A DNA stretch of 64,000 nucleotides. Origin: an uncultured Holophagales bacterium (GTDB lineage: Bacteria > Acidobacteriota > Thermoanaerobaculia > Multivoradales > UBA5704). The notes below the pieces were generated by a model. The model was given only the letters and a program-made list of their open reading frames with translations. It ran no database searches and was not told the DNA's origin. This document shows, one piece after another, positions 58,560 through 64,000 of the stretch (the stretch's first letter is position 1; every line of letters starts with the position of its first letter). The stretch spans positions 896,001 through 960,000 of the forward strand of contig CAWJGT010000009.1 of assembly GCA_963842525.1 (NCBI GenBank), given 5' to 3'. A program made the translations under genes and the position numbers.

Positions 58560-61500
58560 TCAGACCCTCAGACCCCGCAGCTCGCTGCGGGCGGTGGGGT
58601 TGCGCGGGTCGAGGCGCAGCGCGGTCTCGAGCTGCCCCCGCGCCTGGTCGCGGCTGCCCAGGCGGCGGTAGAGCTTGCCGAGCTGGGCGTGCACCCAGGG
58701 GCGGTTGCCGTCCTGGGGATGGAGCAGGCGGTCGGCTTCGAGCATGGCCGCCAGCGCCTCGTCGTGGCGGCCGAGGCCTTCGAGGGTCTGCCCCTTGTCG
58801 TACCAGGCCCAGGGGTCGAGCGGATCGGCCGCCAGGGCGCGCTCGTAGCGCTCCAGCGCCTCGCGGTAGCGGCGGGCGAGCCGCAGGGCATCGCCGAGGC
58901 GCTTCTGCCGGCCGGCGTCGCCTTCCAGCTCGCGCCGGATGCCAGTGTAGAACTCCAGGTCCGCCGCCATGAAGGATGGCGGATCGATGACCTTCCAGGA
59001 GGATGCCTCGATGTGCTGGCCGCAGAGGAACGCCCAGGCATTCTCTTCGTGGCGGATGTAGACGAAGACGCTGTCATTGAGGACCTTGCGGATGCGCGCC
59101 CGGCCCGAGAGGCGGCGCAGGAACGCCGCGTCCTCGGCGAGGTTGATCTCGGGGAAGCGGGCTTGGCGCTGCCAGACGTCCCGCTTGTAGCCGATCGAGC
59201 CGCCATGGACGTCGGCGTAGAACATGCGGGCGTGCAGGCTGGCGGTGCACGACCAGAACCTGCCGTCGAGGACGTTGAGGATCCAGCCGGTGTCGAGGCC
59301 GCAGACCTCGGCCTCGTTGCGCAGCAGGGGCTGGATCTGGTGGCTCAGCCGCCGCGGGCCGTGCCAGTCGTCGTCGTCGAAGTGGACGATGATCTCGCCG
59401 CGGCTCGCTTCGACCGCCCGGTTGCGCTTCTCGCCGATCGTGACCTTGCGCTCCAGGCGGATGTAGCGGATGCGTTCGTCGTCGGGAATGAGGTCGGCCA
59501 CCGGATCGGTGCCGTCGTCGACGATGACCAGCTCCTTGTGCGGATGGTCCTGGCGGAGGAAGTAGCGGATCGCCTGCGGCATGTAGAGCCGCCGGTTGTA
59601 GGTCGGCATGATGCAGGAGACGAGCGGCACCTCGCGGTCGACGATGATCTGGATTTCTCCCCCTCTCCCGGGGGGTGGGAGTTCGGATGGGAGAGGGGGT
59701 CGGGGGGTGAGGGCCTCACGGTAGAAGAGGGCGTCCTCGTCGCCGGTCACTCGTTCCAGGGGCTGCGGATAGTTGGGGAGGCGGCGCAGGCGTGCCTCCA
59801 CGTCCATGCCGTTCTCGCGCCGCCAGGTGTTGCCGCGGTGGCGCACGACCATGAAGGCCTCGGGCTTCTTGAGCAGCGGCAGCAGCCGGGGCTTCGCATC
59901 GGCGAGGAAGAAGTAGTCCTCGGCCGCGGCCACGTCGCGGAAGCGCGTCGCCTCCCACAGGCTACGGAAATAGCAGAAGGTGGCGCCGGCCACGCCGCGG
60001 CTGCGGCAGACCTTGAGCCGGCCGTCCGGCAGGCGCACCAGGTAGTCGCCGAGCCCGGCGAGCCCCCGCGGGTCGTCAGCGGCGCAGAGCGCCGCGGTCA
60101 CGGCCGAGAGGTAGTCGCGCCGGTACCAGTCGTCGTCGTCCCAGTGCGCGATGATCTCGCCGCGGCTCGCCTCGATCGCCCGGTTGCGCTTCTCGCCCAG
60201 GGAGAGGGGGCCGTCGCAGCGGAGGTAGCGCACCCGCGGATCGGCCGGCAGGAGATGATCTACTTTCTGCCTCGCCGTCGTCGATCATCAGCAGCTCGCG
60301 GTGTGGATAGTCCTGGCGCAGGAAGTACTCGATCGCCTGACGCACGAACGCGGGCCGGTCGCGGGTCGGCATGATGCACGACACCAGCGGCACGCGTCCG
60401 GCTCCCCGTCTCTGGATGGAAGGGCCGGAGCGATGCCGTAGGAGGCGAGGTCCGTGCCGAGGACGCCGTGCAGAAGGTCGGCCGGCCGCGGCTGCCAGCG
60501 CGGGTCGGAGGTGTGCTTGGTGCTGGTGTTGCCGCCATGGATCAGGCCGACGTAGAAGTGGTTGTCCGGCAGGGCAAGGATACGCGGGCCATGGCCGGCC
60601 CACAGGAAGCGGGTGTCCTCGCCCACGTCCACAGCCGGGAAGCGGTTGCGCCGCCAGACCTCGCGGCGGTAGCAGAAGGTGCCGCCCGCCACCCACGCCC
60701 GACCGCGGGTGGGGTAGACGTACTCCCAGGACTTGCCGGAGGAGGGCTCGAAGTAGAGCAGCCGGTCGAGGCCGCAGAGGTCCGCCTTGCCGGCGAGCAG
60801 GGCCTCAACCTGGACGGTCAGACGGCGCGCGGACATCCAGTCGTCGTCGTCCCAGTGGACGAGGATGTCGCCCTGGGCGGCCTCACAGCCGCGATTGCGC
60901 TTGGCGCCCAGCGGCATCCGCCCGTCCATGCGCACATAGCGGATCGACGGCAGGTCCGGCAGCAGGTCGCGCACCGGCTCGGCGCCGTCGTCGCCATCGT
61001 CAATCACCACCAGCTCCTTGGCCGGCCAGTCCTGGCGCAGGAACCAGCGCACGGCATGGGGGAGGTAGGCGCGCCGCGCGGCGCTGGTCGGCATGAGGCA
61101 GGAGACGAGCGGGTGCTCGGTGGTGGTGAGAGGCATGGAGGCGGATGCCTCGTGCCCGTGCCCAGGCCCGTGCCCAGGGTTTACACCCTGGGCTACCGAA
61201 TGTCGCCCTCCGGGCTCTGGAGAGCCTGGGTTTCCAGAGCCCGGAGGGCGGAACTGGGTAGCCCCGGGTGTAAACCCGGGGCGAGCGGGCGTGGTCCGGT
61301 CAGCCTGCGGCCGGATCTGCACCAGCCCCTTCGGCGCGAAATTCTCGCAGGCATCCCCCCGGCAGTGGTCTCGGAACGGTCCTCCGCCTGCGAGCTGCCG
61401 GCCGCAGAGGCGGCGCTGGTAGAGATGGCGGTTGGCGGCGTGGAGGCCATCCTCCTGGCGGATCCGCCAGGCGGGGAGCGGCCGGCGGTGGACGTAGGCT

Positions 61501-62071
61501 CCTCGCGCCCAGACGGCGGGAAAGCCGGCTCGAGCGGATCGGGCGGCCAGGTCCATCTCCCAGCAGGGGCCGGCGCCGTAGGCCTCGTCGGCGCCGCCCG
61601 TGGCGTCGGCCGCGGCGCGGGTGATGGCGAGGCAGAAGTCGCACGGGTCGTGGAGCGGCTGCAGGCGTTCCCAGGTGCCAGCCGCTTCGCGGGCGAGCTG
61701 TTCGGCGAAGCTAAGGACCTCCTGGCGGCTCGCGCCCGGGGCAGGCGCGCTCGCGGCGCGCTGGCGGTTCCAGGCGAGGTTGGCCGACGGACCGGCGAGG
61801 CCATGGGACGGGTCTGCCTCCAGGGCGGCGAGGAGCGCCTCCAGCCAGCCCGGCGCCGGGAGCGTCCCGCTCTCCAGAAAGACGGCCACCGGCGCGTCGC
61901 CCTGCGTGAGCAGGCCGAGGAGATGGTTGAACGTCGCTGCCGGCGGCCCTTCCGGCAGGAGCACGGGTCGGCGGGTGTGCCGGCGAGCCACTCCAGGGTC
62001 TCGGCCAGACCGCGCTCGTCGCGCTCGCCGCGGGGGCCGCGGCGGATGAAGACGCCGATCAGGGCCTTCAC
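58560..62071 (-). CDS. Tandem multi-GT2 glycosyltransferase (probably four GT-A domains) with C-terminal TPRs; about three frameshifts
   Basis: Three 'PLVSC(I/L)MPT...FLRQD...IDDG...GxKRN...HWDDDDW' units plus an N-terminal GT2-like unit, split over the ORFs ending 62071, 61991, 60696 and 60233. Confidence 0.78.
59658..59713. repeat. Family A half element, in frame in a GT2 inter-domain linker
   Basis: CCCCCTCTCCCGG...GGGAGAGGGGGTCGGGGGGTGAGGG, translated as LTPRPPLPSELPPPGRGG. Confidence 0.78.
61172..61290. repeat. REPIN-like family B, copy 2, in frame in a GT2 inter-domain linker
   Basis: 110 of 119 nt identical to 48891-49009 by manual alignment. Confidence 0.88.
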
Positions 62072-63114
62072 GCCTGGGGCTCCTCCGCGGCGCGGGCGCG
62101 CAGGTACTGGCCGGCGCGCACGGCGTACTTGCCTTCGGCCGACGCCAGCTCGGTGAGCAGCGGGACGGCTTCGTCGCCGCGGCCGGTCTGGTCCAGGGCC
62201 AGCGCGCGGTAGAAGCGACCGCGTGGCGTCTCGTCTGTCTCTTCGGCCAGCGCTTCGAGCCGGGCCAGGGCCTCGGTGGCGCGGCCCTGGGAGAGCGCGA
62301 TCACCGCCAGATCGGTGTGGGCCTCGACGCTCGTGGGATCGATGATCATTATCCGCTCCAGCTCCTGGGCCGCTTCGCCGACGAGCCCGCGGGCCATCAG
62401 CGTCGTGGCCAGTTGATGACGGGCGTCCAGGTCCTCGGGTGCCAGTGCCAGGGCGCGGCGCAGGGCGTCGGTGGCCGAGCCCAGGTCGTGGCGGGCGAAG
62501 AGGACGGTGCCGAGCTGCGCCCAGCCGCGAGAGGAGGCAGGATCGAGGTCCACGGCGCGGCGCAGGACCGCGACGGCCTCCTCCGTCCGGTTCTGCACGG
62601 CGATGGAGGTGCCGAGCGAGACGTAGAGGTCGGCATCGGTTGGGGCCAGCTCCAGGGCGCCGCGCCAGGCGGCCTCGGCCGCCGCGGGCTGGCCGGCCAC
62701 GAGCTGGAGGCGGCCGAGGTTGCTCCAGGCCAGGAGGTTTTCCGGATCGCTCGTGACCGCGTGCGCCAGGGCTTCGAGGCCGGCTTCCAGGTCTCCCTGG
62801 GCGAAGCGGGCCGCGCCGAGGTTGGCCAGCGCCATGCTGCGCTCGGGGTCGATCTCCAGGGCCCGCTCGTAGTGGTGGATCGCCTCGTCGAGCTGCCCTT
62901 CCTGGGCGAAGGTGAAGCCGAGGTTGTTCCAGGCCGTGGCATTGCCGGGGTCGAGCGCCAGGGCCGCGCGGTATTCGTGGCGGGCGCCGTCCACGTCGCC
63001 CTCCACGTGGAGCAGCGCGCCGCGGCTCAGGCAGGCGCGGACCGCATCGCCGCCGTCCGCGTCCGGGCCGCCGCCGTTGCGCTTGGGGATGGGGAAGTGC
63101 TTGGGGTCGTCCAT
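62068..63114 (-). CDS. TPR-repeat protein
   Basis: Canonical repeats such as AWNNLG...A...Y..AL.IDP; AGGAG RBS before MDDPKHF; GTGA overlap with the GT gene. Confidence 0.88.
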   Translation of the reverse strand: MDDPKHFPIPKRNGGGPDADGGDAVRACLSRGALLHVEGDVDGARHEYRAALALDPGNATAWNNLGFTFAQEGQLDEAIHHYERALEIDPERSMALANLGAARFAQGDLEAGLEALAHAVTSDPENLLAWSNLGRLQLVAGQPAAAEAAWRGALELAPTDADLYVSLGTSIAVQNRTEEAVAVLRRAVDLDPASSRGWAQLGTVLFARHDLGSATDALRRALALAPEDLDARHQLATTLMARGLVGEAAQELERIMIIDPTSVEAHTDLAVIALSQGRATEALARLEALAEETDETPRGRFYRALALDQTGRGDEAVPLLTELASAEGKYAVRAGQYLRARAAEEPQA

Positions 63115-63134
63115 GGTGCTTGCTTCTCCTGAGG

Positions 63135-64000
63135 TCAGAGGATCCGTTTGACCAGCCCCGAGAGCATGTCGAGCGGGTCGATGTCCGGGACCTCGAACTG
63201 GACGTCGGACAGCGAGACGTCGAAAGGCTGGCCCTCCCGGTAGTGGATCGGGAAGGTGATGCCGAAGCGGAGGCCGGAGCCGTACTGGAACGAGGCGAGG
63301 TTCTTGCGCTTGTTGACCAGGGTGACCGTCTTGATCAAGAGGTCCGCTTTGACCTTGAGGTAGGCGGTGATGTCGAACGTGAATTTGGGCTCGGCGTAGA
63401 CCTTCGCTTCGGCATCGAGCGACAGCCCCTTGGCCGGGCTCCACTCGACCGTCACTTCGGCCTGTGCGGCGCCCTCGACGCCGAGCGCGGCGCCCACCTC
63501 CAGCCCGGCTTCGGCGCTGACGACCGGGATGCCGGCGCCGACGCCGCCCTTGATGAAGAGGCGCAGGCCGGCGGAGGCCGGGACGTGGAACAGGGCGCGG
63601 CCGGTGACCTTGGTCTCCTCCTCGTGCGACGGGTTGTAGGTGATCTCCAGGCTGAGGTCGCGGAGCTGGCCCGGCCCGATGCCGGCCTTGGCGTCGAGGC
63701 CGCCGCCGACGGTGGCGAAGATGCCGATGCGCTTGCCGAGCACGGACACGCCCACCAGCGGGATGTCGATCCCGATCTCGAAGATCCTCTTGTTGACCTT
63801 TTTCTCGGGGAAGACGTCGAGGGCCGAGGGCAGAGCGATCTTGCCCGAGACCTCGATCTCGCCGTTGGGGAGCAGCTTGATGCCGGCGGTGCCCTGCAAC
63901 CAGGGTGCGATCTTGATCGTGGCGATGCCCGAGCCGAACGGCGTGATCGTCTCGGTTGGCGGGCCGGAGGGCTGGCCGTCGTCGCCCACGGCGCGGTTGG
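63135..64000 (-). CDS. C-terminal part of a large Gly/beta-rich protein, resembling DUF4157 (eCIS-associated) proteins; partial
   Basis: Open frame running to the window edge with long amphipathic beta strands (GIDIPLVG, AGIGPGQL, PASAGLRL). The family call is from memory only. Confidence 0.5.
   Translation of the reverse strand, partial: NRAVGDDGQPSGPPTETITPFGSGIATIKIAPWLQGTAGIKLLPNGEIEVSGKIALPSALDVFPEKKVNKRIFEIGIDIPLVGVSVLGKRIGIFATVGGGLDAKAGIGPGQLRDLSLEITYNPSHEEETKVTGRALFHVPASAGLRLFIKGGVGAGIPVVSAEAGLEVGAALGVEGAAQAEVTVEWSPAKGLSLDAEAKVYAEPKFTFDITAYLKVKADLLIKTVTLVNKRKNLASFQYGSGLRFGITFPIHYREGQPFDVSLSDVQFEVPDIDPLDMLSGLVKRIL

Noticed and set aside
57012-60374. Long antisense ORFs (1120 aa here; also 48919-51774, 44654-46696, 26158-28278)
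   Set aside because: These are mirror frames of real high-GC genes and carry no motifs.

Overview
High-GC bacterial window. An Acidobacteriota origin (possibly Thermoanaerobaculia) is inferred from the duplicated orphan permease and the ECF/CHAT-TPR loci. Scattered single-base frameshifts look like long-read assembly errors. Order of content: glycogen/trehalose genes (glgE end, treS-maltokinase, malQ, glgB); a lower-GC five-gene island (7.7-16.4 kb); a broken MNT/HepT pair; fhs; GH57; a CHAT-NB-ARC-TPR gene with a kinase and a HAD phosphatase; an AarF kinase; a TPR-GNAT-menC/NSAR operon; a 21-nt-period array; a serine hydrolase; a second MNT/HEPN pair; an ECF sigma/anti-sigma locus with two exported CHAT-TPR proteases, each preceded by an unannotated Pro-rich mini-ORF; an ADOP permease; a di-heme cytochrome; a two-module NRPS with a free C domain; a glycosyltransferase cluster; and the end of a probable eCIS-associated protein. 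The best candidate for an undescribed system is the island. Its CHAT (caspase-like) protease ends in a motif (QSTxxxxIGTVNNxQA) that recurs at the N-terminus of the next 892-aa protein, which is the layout of amyloid signalling pairs. These two genes are followed by a multi-SPFH-like protein and a ZorA/ZorB-like MotA/MotB pair without recognisable zorC/D/E. Also notable: two palindromic repeat families sit in frame inside proteins, including the same loop of both NRPS adenylation domains.
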